Source: Pseudodesulfovibrio piezophilus C1TLV30 (lineage in GTDB: Bacteria > Desulfobacterota > Desulfovibrionia > Desulfovibrionales > Desulfovibrionaceae). Taken from it: a stretch of DNA of 32,000 nt. Positions 16,907 through 26,776 of the stretch are shown piece by piece. The stretch spans positions 3,362,411-3,394,410 of the forward strand of contig NC_020409.1 in NCBI RefSeq assembly GCF_000341895.1. Direction: 5' to 3'. The notes beneath the pieces are model-generated. The model was not told the origin of the DNA. It was given only the letters and a program-made list of their open reading frames with translations, and made no database searches. Both the position numbers and the translations under genes were made by a program. The first letter of the stretch is position 1; each line of letters opens with the position of its first letter.

Positions 16907-17438
16907 CGACCGTCGAGGCCAGAGACGACAGGATCAGGTCCGGCGCAACGAGAGGATTCGCATCCCCAAGGTGCGAGTGGTTGACGAGGACGGTGAACAG
17001 TTGGGTGTTCTGGACACCCGAGACGCTTTGGATCGCGCCCGTGAAAAGGGGCTTGATCTTGTGGAGGTTGCTCCAAACGCCGAACCACCGGTGTGCAAGA
17101 TCATGGATTACGGGAAGTTCAAGTTCCAGCAGAAGAAGAAACTGCAGGAAGCCAAGAAAAAGCAGACCGTCATCAAAATCAAGGAAGTCAAATTTCGGCC
17201 TAAAACTGATGAGCACGATTACCAGACCAAGCTCTCTAAAATAGTCAAATTTCTCGGAGGAGGCGACCGCTGCAAAGTAACCGTCTTCTTCCGGGGGCGT
17301 GAAATCGTCCACAAAGACCGCGGGCTGATGATGCTTGAGCGGGTCGTGGAGGATACACAGGATATCGCCAAAGTTGAGAGCAGGCCATTGTCTGAGGGAC
17401 GGACGATGACAATGATGCTTGCTCCTGTAAAAAAATAG
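16890..17438 (+). CDS. infC: Translation initiation factor IF-3, probable non-canonical ATA start
   Basis: The conserved N-terminal segment [23 protein letters not shown] starts upstream of the GTG (16971) used by the ORF track. The frame is open only from 16887. The only start-like codon there is ATA at 16890, 8 nt downstream of GGAGG (16877-16881). That gives 182 aa, a normal IF-3 size, and overlaps the thrS 3' end by 17 nt. Confidence 0.75.
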   Translation: MAFRGNDRRGQRRQDQVRRNERIRIPKVRVVDEDGEQLGVLDTRDALDRAREKGLDLVEVAPNAEPPVCKIMDYGKFKFQQKKKLQEAKKKQTVIKIKEVKFRPKTDEHDYQTKLSKIVKFLGGGDRCKVTVFFRGREIVHKDRGLMMLERVVEDTQDIAKVESRPLSEGRTMTMMLAPVKK

Positions 17439-17450
17439 TCGATACTCACA

Positions 17451-17471
17451 GAGGGACCTCTGTCCCTTTTA
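17451..17471 (+). terminator. Weak hairpin plus U-run between infC and rpmI (possible partial attenuator)
   Basis: AGGGAC-CTCT-GTCCCT (6 bp) is followed by TTTTA, 16 nt upstream of the rpmI ATG. Confidence 0.25.
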
Positions 17472-17486
17472 TGTAAGGAGTCTACC

Positions 17487-17684
17487 ATGCCCAAGATCAA
17501 AACCCGTCGCGCAGCTGCCAAGCGTTTCTCCAAGACCGCTACCGGCAAGTTCAAGCGCCGCAGGAAGAACCTCAGGCACATCCTGACAAAGAAGAACGCC
17601 AAGCGGAAACGCCGTTTGGGGCAGTCCACAACTGTGGACTCCACCAATATGAAGGCCGTTCGTCGTCAGTTGCCCAACGGTTAG
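17487..17684 (+). CDS. rpmI: 50S ribosomal protein L35
   Basis: 65 aa, [20 protein letters not shown] is the canonical bL35 N-terminus. An AAGGAG SD is present. Confidence 0.95.
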   Translation: MPKIKTRRAAAKRFSKTATGKFKRRRKNLRHILTKKNAKRKRRLGQSTTVDSTNMKAVRRQLPNG

Positions 17685-17865
17685 TATCTCCTTTGATATA
17701 GGCCCGTCGGTAGCGTTTCAAGAGGCTTGGGATTATCCGAAGCCGCACGCCTGCCGACCAGGCATCAAATGCAGATCGACCGTTATTGTCATTAACTCGT
17801 AGAATCTTGCCTCGCTGGGGGAGTCCGTCCGGCCCGGGAGGTTGATTAAAGATGGAGGTTTAACC
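17685..17865 (+). promoter_or_regulatory. Long structured rpmI-rplT spacer, candidate L20 autoregulatory element
   Basis: A 181-nt non-coding gap sits inside an operon where these genes are usually adjacent. An irregular long hairpin spans 17701-17763: outer helix GTCGGTAGCG with CGC(C)TGCCGAC, inner GGCTTGG...CC(G)AAGCC. A GC-rich segment lies just before the rplT SD. Confidence 0.35.
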
Positions 17866-18219
17866 ATGAGAGTTAAACGTGGTGTCGCCGCTAAGAAGCG
17901 TCACAAAAAGTATTTGAAAATGGCCAAAGGGTACCGCGGAGCCGGTAGCCGTTTGTACCGCACCGCTCGTGAACGCGTGGAAAAGGCACTGTGTAATGCC
18001 TATCGTGATCGCAAGCGCAAAAAACGCGAGTTCAGAAAGCTGTGGATTATGCGTATCAACGCTGCCGCCCGCATCAATGGTGTTTCTTACAGCCGCTTGA
18101 TGAATGGTCTCAAACTAGCAGGGATTGAGCTGAACCGCAAAGTCCTCGCCGACATGGCAGTGCGCGATCCCGCAGTGTTCGCCAAAGTCGCAGAGGCCGC
18201 CAAAGCCAAGGTGAGCTAG
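17866..18219 (+). CDS. rplT: 50S ribosomal protein L20
   Basis: [25 protein letters not shown] is the canonical bL20 N-terminus. GGAGG lies 7 nt upstream of ATG 17866. The ORF-track start at 17842 adds 8 non-conserved residues. Confidence 0.93.
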   Translation: MRVKRGVAAKKRHKKYLKMAKGYRGAGSRLYRTARERVEKALCNAYRDRKRKKREFRKLWIMRINAAARINGVSYSRLMNGLKLAGIELNRKVLADMAVRDPAVFAKVAEAAKAKVS

Positions 18220-18221
18220 AA

Positions 18222-19274
18222 GTGAGTAATGAATTGAAGTCCTTCCTGGAAGGACTCGACAGCCTGGCCCATGATTGCGAATCTCGCAAGGGCCAGGCTT
18301 GTTCGTTAAAGGAACTTGACGAACTTCGCATCGAGTTCTTGGGCCGTAAGGGGATGCTCGCTCAGGCCATGGCGCAACTGGGCGCGCTAGATAATACTGA
18401 CAAGCCTGCTGCTGGTAAAAAAGCCAATGAGATCAAGCAACACATTACTGCGTTGATAGACTCATGGCAGTTGGATCTGACAGCCACTGAAGCGAACCAT
18501 GCGTTGAGTCTTTTTGATCCGACGATGCCTGGACGCAAGCCATGGGCGGGGTCACTGCATCCTGTGACGTTGGTCATGGATGAGGTCTGTAATGTCCTGA
18601 CAGGGCTTGGCTTCGAGCATGCTGCCGGGCCTGAAGTGGAAAACGACTGGCATAATTTTGAAGCACTGAATATACCTCCCGAGCATCCTGCCCGTGACAT
18701 GCAGGATACTCTGTATGTTTCAGATAATATCGTGCTTCGTACGCATACTTCTGGAATGCAGATACGGTCCATGCTGCAGCAGGAACCGCCTGTTGCCGTC
18801 ATCGCTCCGGGCAAGGTCTACCGTCGTGATTCCGATCTGACGCATACCCCCATGTTTCATCAGATTGAGGGGTTATTGGTTGATCGGAACGTTTCCATGG
18901 CAGACCTTCGGGGAACGTTGACAGCTTTTGTCCGTCAGATTTTTGGTGCTCAGACCGAGGTCCGTTTTCGACCGAGTTTTTTCCCTTTCACCGAACCGAG
19001 TGCGGAAGTCGATATTTCCTGCGTGATGTGCGGCGGCAAGGGGGAGAGCGGTGGGTCGACCTGCCGAGTTTGCAAAGGGACCGGCTGGGTCGAAATTCTT
19101 GGATGTGGCATGGTAGATCCCAATGTTTTCAAATCAGTCGGATACGATCCTGAAGTCTACACTGGATTTGCCTTCGGCATGGGGGTCGAACGGATAGCCA
19201 TGCTGAAGTACAATATTGGTGACCTGCGCATGTTCTTTGAGAATGATGTTCGGTTCCTCGAACAGTTTGCATAG
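18222..19274 (+). CDS. pheS: Phenylalanine--tRNA ligase alpha subunit
   Basis: 350 aa. The GTG start lies 2 nt after the rplT stop. Class II motifs are present ([39 protein letters not shown]). Confidence 0.93.
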   Translation: MSNELKSFLEGLDSLAHDCESRKGQACSLKELDELRIEFLGRKGMLAQAMAQLGALDNTDKPAAGKKANEIKQHITALIDSWQLDLTATEANHALSLFDPTMPGRKPWAGSLHPVTLVMDEVCNVLTGLGFEHAAGPEVENDWHNFEALNIPPEHPARDMQDTLYVSDNIVLRTHTSGMQIRSMLQQEPPVAVIAPGKVYRRDSDLTHTPMFHQIEGLLVDRNVSMADLRGTLTAFVRQIFGAQTEVRFRPSFFPFTEPSAEVDISCVMCGGKGESGGSTCRVCKGTGWVEILGCGMVDPNVFKSVGYDPEVYTGFAFGMGVERIAMLKYNIGDLRMFFENDVRFLEQFA

Positions 19275-19356
19275 ATATTCAGCGGTCCGAGGGGTCCCCT
19301 TGTCGGGATTCCTTGTGACCGCATTTTCATAACTTTTCATCGCTTACGGTAGTGCA

Positions 19357-21771
19357 ATGTTAGTCAGTCTGAATTGGTTGCGTGAGTTTGTCCCTTATGA
19401 GGGAGATATCCAAGTGCTCGGTGACAAGCTCACCATGCTCGGTCTTGAACTAGAAGGAATTGAAGATCCTTTTGATTCCATCAAGGACATTGTTGTCGGC
19501 CATGTGGTTGACTGCGAAAAGCACCCCGAGGCAGAGAAACTCTCTGTGTGCACAGTGGATGTCGGTGGTCCTGAAACAGTGACTATCGTGTGTGGTGCTC
19601 CCAATGTCGGCAAGGGACAGAAAGTTCCCGTGGCCACTGTCGGAACTTTCATGCCGGATGGCATGAAGATCAAGAAGGCCAAACTACGTGGTATCAAATC
19701 CATGGGTATGATCTGTTCTGAACGGGAGTTGGGGTTCTCTGAAGACCATGACGGAATCTGGATTCTGGACGATGCGTTCCAGGTCGGCGAGAAGCTGGTT
19801 GATGCGCTGAATCTTGAACGGGTTGTTTTTGATTTCGATATCACGCCTAACCGCGCCGATTGTCTTTCCATACTCGGATTTGCTCGTGAAACGGCATTGG
19901 CCTTTGACCTTCCGCTGGCGTTGCCTCCGTTGAATCTGGTTGAAGGTGGCGGCAATGCTGCTGATGAAATCAGAATTCTGATTGATGATCCCGAATTATG
20001 TCCACTCTATAATGCTCGTATTCTGCATGGTGTCGAGACCCGGAAAGCTCCGGATTGGATGCGGTTCAAACTGCTTTCTTTAGGACAACGCCCTATTTCC
20101 AACATAGTCGATTGTACGAACTATATCATGTTCGAGTTGGGGCAACCTCTCCATTCCTTTGATCTTGACCTGATTGAAGATGCCACTATTCGTGTCGCCC
20201 CGGCCACAGATGGCATGAAGTTGACGACGCTTGATAATACCGAACGTCTCCTGACTGCCAATGACCTGCTCATATGGGACGGGAAAAAACCAGTGGGTCT
20301 TGCCGGTGTCATGGGCGGAGCTAATTCCGAAATGCATTCCGGTTCAAGGAATGTCTTGTTGGAAGCAGCAGTGTTTCGTCCTGGGACTATCCGCAAAACT
20401 GCTCGCCGTCTCGCATTGCCGTCTGATGCTTCCTATCGTTTCGAGCGTGGAGTGGATCAGGTTATGAACCGTTTTTGCATTGATCGTGCGGCGCAACTTA
20501 TGGCGGAAACATCAGGTGGAACCGTTGTCTCCGGTGTGGTTTCCAATGAGCCGAAACCATGGGTGGATCGTCAGCACGGCTACCGTCATGACAAATGCAT
20601 GAGCCTGCTTGGCCTTGATTTGGAACCTGAATTTGCCAAGAAGGTCTTTACGCTGGAAGGATGTGTGGTCGATGATAGCGACCCCGCCAACTGGACTGTT
20701 TCCAGTCCTTCCCATCGTCTTGACCTGGAACGAGAAGTTGATCTGTACGAAGAGGTCGGACGTGTTTTCGGTCTCGATCAGATCCCTGCCGTCCTGCCTA
20801 AGATCTCAAAATCTTTGAATACTGCTCAGGCTGGTGGAACTCAGTATGCATTTCTCAGAACTGTCAAACTCTGGGGTGCAGGGGTGGGGCTGAACGAAGC
20901 TATCAATTATAGTTTCGTGGGTGACGATGATCTTGATCGGTTGTTTTTGCCGACTGAAGGGCGTGTCAATATAGCCAATCCCCTGAGTGAGGATCAGAAT
21001 GTCCTTCGGACTGACCTGGCTCCGGGGTTGCTGAATACACTCAAGCATAATCTTGCCCAAGGGAATTTTCATATTAGGCTTTTTGAAGTCGCCAAACAGT
21101 TTTTGGCTGATAAGACTTCTGAAACCGAAACTCGTGAGCACAACCGCCTTGGATTGCTTTTATATGGTCCTCGCCACGCTTCAGAGTGGCCGTGGCCAAC
21201 TGGTGACGTCGATTTTCTTGATCTCAAGGGACACGTCGAGCACCTGGTGGAAAACCATCTCAAGTTGCAGGCTCCCGACTTCTCCTTAGCAGAAGACCAT
21301 GCATATCTGGAACCGTGTGTCAAAGTCTCGGTCGGAGAGACCTCCATTGGCATCATGGGGAAGATCAAGAAGGATATAGCCGGTTTTTACCATGCCAAAA
21401 AGGATGTTTGGCTTGCTGATCTGGACCTGGATACGATGCGGGAGATGGTGGACACACAAGCTATCAAGTTCGCACCCCTTCCCGTCTTTCCGCCGAGTCG
21501 CCGAGATGTGACTGTCATCGGTCCTGCGACCTTGCCTGCACAGGCAATTCATCAAGCCATTCTTGATGCTGGGGTTTCAATTCTGGAATCAGTGGAACTG
21601 GTCACAGAATTCATTCCCGAGGGACAATCCGAAGATGGTTCTGAAGAAAGGAATCTTTCGTTCCGCTTAACATACCGCCATCCGACAAAAACGCTCAAAG
21701 ACAAGCAGGTGGATAAGGAGCACAAGAAAGTGCTCGCCAGTTTGGAGAAGCTCCTGCCAATTCGTTTTTGA
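19357..21771 (+). CDS. pheT: Phenylalanine--tRNA ligase beta subunit
   Basis: 804 aa. The N-terminus is MLVSLNWLREFV, followed by a tRNA-binding domain, B3/4, B5 and a C-terminal anticodon-binding-like domain (FRLTYRHPTKTL). Confidence 0.93.
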   Translation: MLVSLNWLREFVPYEGDIQVLGDKLTMLGLELEGIEDPFDSIKDIVVGHVVDCEKHPEAEKLSVCTVDVGGPETVTIVCGAPNVGKGQKVPVATVGTFMPDGMKIKKAKLRGIKSMGMICSERELGFSEDHDGIWILDDAFQVGEKLVDALNLERVVFDFDITPNRADCLSILGFARETALAFDLPLALPPLNLVEGGGNAADEIRILIDDPELCPLYNARILHGVETRKAPDWMRFKLLSLGQRPISNIVDCTNYIMFELGQPLHSFDLDLIEDATIRVAPATDGMKLTTLDNTERLLTANDLLIWDGKKPVGLAGVMGGANSEMHSGSRNVLLEAAVFRPGTIRKTARRLALPSDASYRFERGVDQVMNRFCIDRAAQLMAETSGGTVVSGVVSNEPKPWVDRQHGYRHDKCMSLLGLDLEPEFAKKVFTLEGCVVDDSDPANWTVSSPSHRLDLEREVDLYEEVGRVFGLDQIPAVLPKISKSLNTAQAGGTQYAFLRTVKLWGAGVGLNEAINYSFVGDDDLDRLFLPTEGRVNIANPLSEDQNVLRTDLAPGLLNTLKHNLAQGNFHIRLFEVAKQFLADKTSETETREHNRLGLLLYGPRHASEWPWPTGDVDFLDLKGHVEHLVENHLKLQAPDFSLAEDHAYLEPCVKVSVGETSIGIMGKIKKDIAGFYHAKKDVWLADLDLDTMREMVDTQAIKFAPLPVFPPSRRDVTVIGPATLPAQAIHQAILDAGVSILESVELVTEFIPEGQSEDGSEERNLSFRLTYRHPTKTLKDKQVDKEHKKVLASLEKLLPIRF

Positions 21772-21790
21772 TTGAGATACTTCTATCCGA

Positions 21791-21833
21791 AAAGCCCCTT
21801 TCTCTGCGAGGAAGGGGCTTTCTGCTTTCTTCC
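21791..21833 (+). terminator. Rho-independent terminator after pheT
   Basis: A 10-bp stem (AAAGCCCCTT with AAGGGGCTTT) has an 11-nt loop and is followed by the T-rich tract TCTGCTTTCTT. Confidence 0.65.
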
Positions 21834-21960
21834 GGGTGTAAATACGGTTTCATGAGATTAGGTCTCAGGGAGTCAGCTTTGTTCCATTGGCTGGTAAAAG
21901 GCTTTGTGTTTATGGCTTCTGTGTAAATAGATTGAAGCTGGTCAAACGATTTGTTAGCGT

Positions 21961-22272
21961 ATGGGAATGGACGATTTGCAGGAGTTCAAGCGATATAAGA
22001 TCGGTCAGGCTGCCAAGGAAATAGGCGTGAAGACCTATGTTCTTCGATTCTGGGAAGGGGAGTTTGATGAGATCGACCCAATTAGAACCGAGAGTGGGCA
22101 GCGTTTGTACACTGAAGAACATCTGGAGATTATTCGTGAAATCAAATATCTGCTCTATGACGAAGGGCTGACTATTGAAGGTGCCAAGAAAAAACTTCAC
22201 GGCCGTGAACACAGGGGGATCTTGCGCGAAGTTTACACTGAACTTCTCAAGATAAAAAAAATTCTCGCCTGA
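21961..22272 (+). CDS. MerR-family HTH transcriptional regulator (short)
   Basis: YKIGQAAKEIGVKTYVLRFWEGEF....R...G.R.Y is the MerR N-terminal HTH signature. The start (21961 or 21967) is uncertain because there is no clear SD. Confidence 0.7.
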   Translation: MGMDDLQEFKRYKIGQAAKEIGVKTYVLRFWEGEFDEIDPIRTESGQRLYTEEHLEIIREIKYLLYDEGLTIEGAKKKLHGREHRGILREVYTELLKIKKILA

Positions 22273-22296
22273 GTCCGTTTTCAGAACGGAGTATAG

Positions 22297-24414
22297 ATGA
22301 AAATCATTGGCAGAGTCTTCCTTGTTTTGTTGGGGAGTGCAGCAGGTCTTTTGCTGTGTCTCGTCCTTTTTTTTGCCACTTTCTTTGATATTAATGATTG
22401 CAGAAAAGCCATCATTGATGCTGTCTTTGCACACTCGGGGCGTACCATTCATTTCTCTGAAGATATACATTTTGATCTGATGCCGACTCTGGGCGTTCAA
22501 TTAGGAAGGCTTGAAATTAGTAATGCTGCCGGATTTGCAGCATCCCCGATGATCGAGATTGATTCTGCGCGTGTCGGTGTTCGCTTCCTGCCCCTCTTTC
22601 TTGGCGAAATACAATTTGGGCCGGTCCAGGTCAAAGGGTTACGACTCAACCTTGAGCGCGATGCCGCAGGCTCAACCAACTGGGATGATCTTGTCGGGAG
22701 AAAAAAATCCCATGGGAGGCATCCCGAACAAGCGGATCACACAGGGCTTGTTTTTGAGGTTGCCGGAGTCGAAATCCACAACGCCACAGTGACGTGGCAG
22801 GACCACCTTGCCGGAAGAGCATTCTCCCTTGGGGATATCAACTGTTCGACAGGGCGTATCGCGAATAACACGCCTTTCCCGGTCAAGGGTGAATTCTCAT
22901 ATTCACAACCAGAGTCAGACTTTCACGGAACAATTCATTTCGAGGGTGTGTCTTCTGCTGATTTTTTACAACACCGATGGAAACATACTTCCATGCATGT
23001 CTCTCTTGTCGCTACAGGAAAAGATATTCCTGGTGGAAAAGGGAAGCTTGATATCAGGTTGGGACAGGCACTGGTGGACATTCGTCAGCGGCATGCGGAG
23101 TTTCAAAAGCTTATCGTGACAGGGTATGGAATGGTCCTCCGGGCTGACGGGATAATTCAAGGCTTGCTCTCGGACCCAGACGCACTGGAAGCACAGGTTG
23201 AAATACCTTTATTCGATATCAGGGAAGTCTTGGAGCGTTTGAAAGTCGATCCGTTGCCTAATGTCCACCCCGCAATCCTCTCCAGAGCGCATGGAAAGGG
23301 TTCTTTCACCTATGTACCGGGTAAAATCGAGCTTCGGGATGTCACGGGGCAGGTTGACGAGACCTCACTCCTTGCTGGCATTCAGATTGAGTATGCGCAT
23401 GATCATCCGAGATGTCAGATTTCGTTGAATCTTGGAAAACTTGATCTGGGACAGTACTTTTCTCGTTTGAAGAAAACGCAGAACAACCTCTCCCGTGATT
23501 CTTTGCCTAATCCTGTTTCGCAGGTGCTTGGCCGAATACTGCATGGGCAGTGGTTGAAAAGGGTGTCCATTGGCGCACATGTTTCAGCAGAGAAACTGTT
23601 GGTGCGAGGGATAAGGTTTGACACAGTCCAGGCTGATTTGAGCGCAGCAAATGGAGAAATACAAAGTTCGTCCGTGACCTCTGGACTCTATGGCGGGACT
23701 CTCTCTGCTTCTTTTAGTGTTCAAGCAGCGGAAAAGCCACCCTACACCCAGTTGTTTTTTGACTTGAAGAAAGTGGATGTGCGTCCTTTCTTCAGCGATA
23801 TGTTGGGAGAGAACTCCTACGCAGGATTACTCGATTATACCGCATCGGTCTCATTTTCCGGGATGCATCTTTCTGAAATAGTGAAGAATGTGAATGGCAA
23901 GGTCGCTTTTCATCTTTCCGATGGCGTTTTTCCTGGTGTGGACCTTGTTCGCATGGCTCGGCAAACACAGGCAGAGCGCGCACACAGGAAACCCCTCAAA
24001 GGAAGCCGCCTCGATTCCACTCGGTTCGGGTCAATAACCGGGTCCGGTATTCTTTCTGCCGGGGTTTTGCAAAACAAGGACTTGGAAGTCCGGGCTATGG
24101 GACTCCGAGCGAGTGGGCAGGGATCATTGGTGCTCGCTTCACACGAACTCGATTATCTGCTCAAGGCCAAGCTGGTTCCTATTTCCGAAGGGGAAAGTGA
24201 TAAGGCGTCGTGTGATGTCTTCGGGATCATGGTTCCCATTCAGGTGGCAGGCACAGTGGAGGAGCCTCACTATTGGGTCAGTGTCTCTGAATATGCCAAA
24301 TCCTTGGGGGCAAGCGTCATTGATACAGCAGGCGATCTTTTGCGGAGCGTGCGGGATATTTTTAGCGGAGCCGGTCATAGTGTGGCCGGAAAACGTGCAA
24401 GTATGGCCGAATAA
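22297..24414 (+). CDS. AsmA-family outer-membrane biogenesis protein
   Basis: 705 aa. It has an N-terminal membrane anchor (IGRVFLVLLGSAAGLLLCLVLFF) followed by a long beta-rich region with the typical AsmA N-terminus (...DLMPTLGVQLGRLEISN...) and C-terminal AsmA_2-like end. Confidence 0.7.
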   Translation: MKIIGRVFLVLLGSAAGLLLCLVLFFATFFDINDCRKAIIDAVFAHSGRTIHFSEDIHFDLMPTLGVQLGRLEISNAAGFAASPMIEIDSARVGVRFLPLFLGEIQFGPVQVKGLRLNLERDAAGSTNWDDLVGRKKSHGRHPEQADHTGLVFEVAGVEIHNATVTWQDHLAGRAFSLGDINCSTGRIANNTPFPVKGEFSYSQPESDFHGTIHFEGVSSADFLQHRWKHTSMHVSLVATGKDIPGGKGKLDIRLGQALVDIRQRHAEFQKLIVTGYGMVLRADGIIQGLLSDPDALEAQVEIPLFDIREVLERLKVDPLPNVHPAILSRAHGKGSFTYVPGKIELRDVTGQVDETSLLAGIQIEYAHDHPRCQISLNLGKLDLGQYFSRLKKTQNNLSRDSLPNPVSQVLGRILHGQWLKRVSIGAHVSAEKLLVRGIRFDTVQADLSAANGEIQSSSVTSGLYGGTLSASFSVQAAEKPPYTQLFFDLKKVDVRPFFSDMLGENSYAGLLDYTASVSFSGMHLSEIVKNVNGKVAFHLSDGVFPGVDLVRMARQTQAERAHRKPLKGSRLDSTRFGSITGSGILSAGVLQNKDLEVRAMGLRASGQGSLVLASHELDYLLKAKLVPISEGESDKASCDVFGIMVPIQVAGTVEEPHYWVSVSEYAKSLGASVIDTAGDLLRSVRDIFSGAGHSVAGKRASMAE

Positions 24415-24556
24415 TCCGGCGGTAATGTTTCTGTCTCTGGTGTCGGCAGTCAAGATGACGTTGAGCCGTCTGATAAAAGTGGTTCAGGATGTTTCTTTCA
24501 TTTCTATCAAAGTGATTTTCTGTTTGATTAGAATGCCCTCAGGGCATGCCCGCTGC

Positions 24557-26005
24557 TTAACGCATTTTGACTGGAATATTGGAAGGTGGAATCGGAGTCC
24601 TTTGAGGAGCTTTTTTAGGACGTCTCAAAGGTTTCTTTTGAGGCTGTTGTGGTGACTGTTGCTGCGGAGGAGCCTGATTCTGTTGTGGAGCGGCATTGTC
24701 ACTTCCATTGATCAGTTCATTCATTTTGGTCATCGCAGATTCAAGAGGTTCCTGTTCGGCTACGAGTTGTCTCAAAAATTGATTGATGGGACCGACCATG
24801 GAGATGGCCTTGTCTACTTCGCTGTTGGCGCCTTTCTGGTAAGCGCCAATGTTGACCATATCTTCCACTTTTTTGAATGTCGCCATATGCCGAAGCAAGG
24901 CACGGCCGTCAGCCTGAGCCTGGCTTGTTGTGATATCACTGCGAATACGGCTGACAGAGCGAAGAACATCAATTGCGGGGTAGTGTCCCAGATCGGCCAA
25001 ATCACGAGTCAGAACGATGTGTCCATCGAGAATGGAGCGAGTGGAATCTGCAATGGGTTCGGTAAAGTCATCTCCATCCACCAAAACAGTATAGATGCCG
25101 GTAATTGATCCGAGTCGGTTTTTCCCCGCTCGTTCGAGAAGCTGAGGGAGATGGGCGAAAACGCTGGGAGTATAGCCTCCACGAGTGGGCGGTTCTCCCG
25201 CTGCCAGACCGACTTCGCGACCAGCCATGGCAAATCGTGTTACTGAGTCCATCATCAGCAGGACGTCTTTGCCTTCATCTCGGAAAAATTCCGCCACAGC
25301 TGTCGCGGCATAGGCTGCACGCATACGAATAAGGGGGCTTTTGTCCGATGTTGCGACGATCAGAACGGATCGGGCCATGCCTTCCGGACCAAGATCACGT
25401 TCCATGAATTCCACAACCTCTCTCCCACGTTCCCCTACGAGCGCGATGACATTGATGTCCGCCTTGGTGTAGCGGGCCATCATACCGAGAGTTGTCGATT
25501 TCCCGACACCAGAACCGGCCATGATGCCTACACGTTGGCCTTTTCCCAAGGTGAGCAGGGAATTGACCGAGCGAATACCGACATCGAGAGGTTCGTCAAT
25601 GCGAGGGCGTTCCAGTGGATTGGGCGGTTCGCGGTGAAGGGGGACAAACCGTTCCGGTGTCAGGGTTTGTTTGCCGTCCAGTGGTGCGCCGAATGCATCC
25701 AGTGCGCGGCCGAGCATGGAATACCCCACAGGCATGTGGGGGGGCGTGGCAGCGTTTTGGATGAGACTACCTGGACTGATTCCGCGCATGTCCGAGTAGG
25801 GCATGAACAGGCACGCTCCATCGCGAAAGCCAACGACCTCGGCAGGTATTGATGGGCCGTGGTCCGGGAGCAGGTAACAGACGGAACCGAGAGGAGCCTT
25901 GATGCCATGACCTTCAGCTATGAGACCGACAACTTTGGTCACTTTGCCGAATGTTTGGCAAGGATCAAGATCTTCCAGCAACCCCAGTTGTGAGACATGG
26001 CTCAT
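24557..26005 (-). CDS. fliI: Flagellum-specific ATPase FliI with a Pro/Gln-rich C-terminal extension
   Basis: Walker A GSGVGKST, Walker B LLMMDSVTR and overall F1-beta-like order are present. The last ~50 aa (APQQNQAPPQQQSPQQPQKKPLRRPKKAPQRTPIPP...) are low-complexity. Confidence 0.9.
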   Translation of the reverse strand: MSHVSQLGLLEDLDPCQTFGKVTKVVGLIAEGHGIKAPLGSVCYLLPDHGPSIPAEVVGFRDGACLFMPYSDMRGISPGSLIQNAATPPHMPVGYSMLGRALDAFGAPLDGKQTLTPERFVPLHREPPNPLERPRIDEPLDVGIRSVNSLLTLGKGQRVGIMAGSGVGKSTTLGMMARYTKADINVIALVGERGREVVEFMERDLGPEGMARSVLIVATSDKSPLIRMRAAYAATAVAEFFRDEGKDVLLMMDSVTRFAMAGREVGLAAGEPPTRGGYTPSVFAHLPQLLERAGKNRLGSITGIYTVLVDGDDFTEPIADSTRSILDGHIVLTRDLADLGHYPAIDVLRSVSRIRSDITTSQAQADGRALLRHMATFKKVEDMVNIGAYQKGANSEVDKAISMVGPINQFLRQLVAEQEPLESAMTKMNELINGSDNAAPQQNQAPPQQQSPQQPQKKPLRRPKKAPQRTPIPPSNIPVKMR

Positions 26006-26008
26006 GGG

Positions 26009-26776
26009 TTACCCCTTGTTCTCAGCGGCCGGAGTCGAGACCTGGCTCAGGAGTTGGTCCAGGATCGGTTCCACGCCTTTCCATCGACTGGCAACACTGT
26101 TATCGACTTTGCCGTCTGCGCTTTCAAGGAGAATACCACCCTGTTGCAATGTGGGGTCACCTTTGACGGTCCAATACTTTAAAGCGGGATTACGCTCCTG
26201 GATAGTGGCTATAAAAGCTTCGAGATCAGCAGCATCGTCCGGGGCGCATTTGATGGCTAGCTGACGTTGGGATTCGATACGCTCCAGCGCTTCGGTCATC
26301 AGTGCTTCCACAGATGCCAGTCTGCTTTCCTGCATCTCTATCTTGAGCGTCTTTTCCACAGCAAGCTTGATCAGTGTCATGATATCCTGGCGGCGTTCAT
26401 CAAAGATGGTCTTTCCCTGTGCGCCCAATTGACTCAGGATATTCTCCACTTCCGCAGACATGGCCTTTGTATGGGCATTGAGATCTTCCTGCGCTTTGGC
26501 AAGGCCTTCCTGATAGCCGTCCTGTTGCCCGGTTGCCCTGAGAGCTTCTGCTTCAAGCTCAGCCAGCATGATGATTTCTTTTGCCTTCTCTTTTGCTTTT
26601 TCCTTCACCCGGTTTAGATATTCATCGTTGGTGGAGTCGTCCCACATCAACTGTCTCTTTCCCTCGATTTCCTGAATGGTCATTTCATCAGGACCAGGGG
26701 TATTCATGCCTATGATTACCTTGCCCGTATACTGAGGGCATTCGGCTTTGTTTGGCGTGTTCTTAGACAAAGACAT
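26009..26776 (-). CDS. fliH: Flagellar assembly protein FliH
   Basis: It sits between fliG and fliI. It has a charged coiled-coil centre (KEKAKEKAKEIIMLAELEAEALR) and a FliH/YscL-like C-terminus. ATG 26776 has GAGGTGG upstream and overlaps the fliG end by 14 nt. Confidence 0.75.
   Translation of the reverse strand: MSLSKNTPNKAECPQYTGKVIIGMNTPGPDEMTIQEIEGKRQLMWDDSTNDEYLNRVKEKAKEKAKEIIMLAELEAEALRATGQQDGYQEGLAKAQEDLNAHTKAMSAEVENILSQLGAQGKTIFDERRQDIMTLIKLAVEKTLKIEMQESRLASVEALMTEALERIESQRQLAIKCAPDDAADLEAFIATIQERNPALKYWTVKGDPTLQQGGILLESADGKVDNSVASRWKGVEPILDQLLSQVSTPAAENKG

Noticed and set aside
16971-16973. GTG start for infC, as implied by the ORF track.
   Set aside because: It would remove the conserved NERIR-containing N-terminal segment that is encoded in frame upstream. 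Its SD spacing (~14 nt) is poor compared with ATA 16890.
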